From Lingula anatina (Eukaryota > Animalia > Brachiopoda): DNA of 64,000 nt. Under the pieces are notes generated by a model. That model saw only the letters and a list, made by a program, of their open reading frames with translations. It was not told the DNA's origin and made no database searches. Below are positions 62,334 through 64,000 of this stretch, in pieces (the stretch's first letter is position 1; each line of letters opens with the position of its first letter). Position numbers and translations under genes: made by a program. Where the stretch lies: the NCBI GenBank assembly GCA_051362555.1, contig CM120648.1, forward strand, positions 2,457,721 to 2,521,720, given 5' to 3'.

Positions 62334-64000
62334 TCGGTTGCATGTACTGGAAAGACAGGCGGTGAGAATCATACACTGTACCATATTATTAGAGTGAACA
62401 CAGCTTGAAAGTACACAATAAAACATCTTAACAAATTTATTTATCAAAACAAATAATCATTTCTCTCGAAACTACTCGTAAGAGTAAAAACCGAGATCGT
62501 CATTTAGGACATAAATTTCCTTTCATTCTATACCGTTCAGACGGGCACGCATTAGCGGCTGTCGTGGCAAATTGCTCACTTCATTAATGCCCTAATGAGT
62601 ACTAAATTGGCGCATTCATATAAACACAATCTTCCTGCTTGGTTGGTCCAACTCTGCGGGGGATTCTGGCTAAAGTGCAATCGGTGGAATCAGCTTAATC
62701 ACCACGCCATTAGTTAATTACCCCGTAGCTGCTCGATGAGGTGTGTCAAACAATTAAGGTGGTTCCACTGATTGCACTTGCGAAAATCCACCGCAGAGTT
62801 TGGCCGACCCAGCTGTGTGAATCTGAATACTACTGTAGAGCGTAAATTTCAGGATGGAATTTTGCACGTCAATTAATTTTTGTACATCAAATTCAGAAGT
62901 AGGTAATAAATTAAAAAAATATATACGATTTTGTATGAAAAAAATGAAATCTTCTTTATTACTTTGTAGTATTATTGTTCCTTTATTATAATCCTTTTGA
63001 TATGTGTGATTTGCTAAAATTTGTGGAAGGTGATTTTGCAGTTTAACGGTGATGTTGATGGTGCAACAGTCGGACAAAAATGGACGCCTATCGATGTTAG
63101 GGCGCACCCCTACAAGAATTCTGGTATAATAAAACTCGGGTGACATGTCTCTCCGGGGGGAAAACACTCTCTTTACAGGGCATCATCTTTGAAACGTTAT
63201 CAGTGACCACAGAAACCCGCCCGGAATCTTTGCTCTGTACATCGAATGCTTTTACTACTGTGTACGTGCCCTTTAGCATTGTCAGACAATCAGGTCTTGT
63301 ACGATTAGAACTCGTTTGGTTTTTTTTTTCATGCCAAAATCAAATTTGCGTAATACCGCGTGTTCGTAGGCGAAAACATTGATAATGAAGTTTGAATAAC
63401 TTGCGTGATCTCTTTGAAATGAATTGTCAGACATATTTCCTTCATCATTTTCTTACGTCTCCATATCCTGCCGTGATATTTTTAAAATGGCACACGTAAG
63501 TGCTGCGGTAGAATGGTGATCTGTCTTTGATCTTTTGTTGGCGTTCTCCTCGCCGTAGATTGCTCTGTCATGCCATGATATATACAATGTGAAAATCGTG
63601 CCGAGCGTTCTGTTGCAGGAGTTTTTGTCTCGCACGCAAAATTGCGAATATCGTCCATGGAAATGCTTCGGGAAATTTCAGTGCAGAGATTTCAACTAGC
63701 TTGGGACAGAATTTTCTTGTTGGTCCGCTAAAAGACGATCACAAAAAAATGTTTTAAAAAATGACGGTAGGCGCGTGTATTTTTTTGTCCTGCATGAGGG
63801 CGCAGTGCTCTGAATTATTTATGAATGGTTGCACACCATCATCATCTTAGAACCTCATTTATGAAATATCTATCGGTGAAGCAATGTAGAAAAGAACAAA
63901 AAACACCGATGACGCAAGAAGATGATACAGCGATTTACAACAGGAAATGCGCGAGACGTAATGTCTTCAGTTGCGTTAAACCCATCAGATCTTATATCCG

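Overview
Eukaryotic, AT-rich animal genomic DNA. The spliced opine dehydrogenase and the repeat types point to a marine invertebrate, probably a lophotrochozoan such as a mollusc; the species cannot be determined from sequence alone. Six host genes can be modelled by hand with GT-AG introns whose phases match. (1) The 3' three exons of EFHD2/swiprosin-1 (+), with a young antisense LINE in the presumed upstream intron. (2) A complete 5-exon, 406-aa opine (octopine/tauropine/strombine-family) dehydrogenase (-), convergent with EFHD2. (3) A single-coding-exon class A GPCR with very large ECL2 and ICL3 loops. (4) A 3-exon C2H2 zinc-finger gene (~631 aa). (5) An intronless polypeptide GalNAc-transferase with a repeated stem. 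(6) A 2-exon, highly divergent serpin with a signal peptide, a non-inhibitory hinge and a C-terminal Ser/Thr stalk plus GPI-anchor-like tail; this is the most unusual protein here. Intergenic and intronic DNA carries LINE fragments, a Tc1 remnant, several hairpin MITEs (TAA- or TTAA-flanked), Helitron-like 3' ends, a ~2-kb tandem duplication with a filled and an empty MITE site, many microsatellites, and possible decayed CUB-domain coding remnants near the right end. All family assignments come from motif recognition, not database searches.
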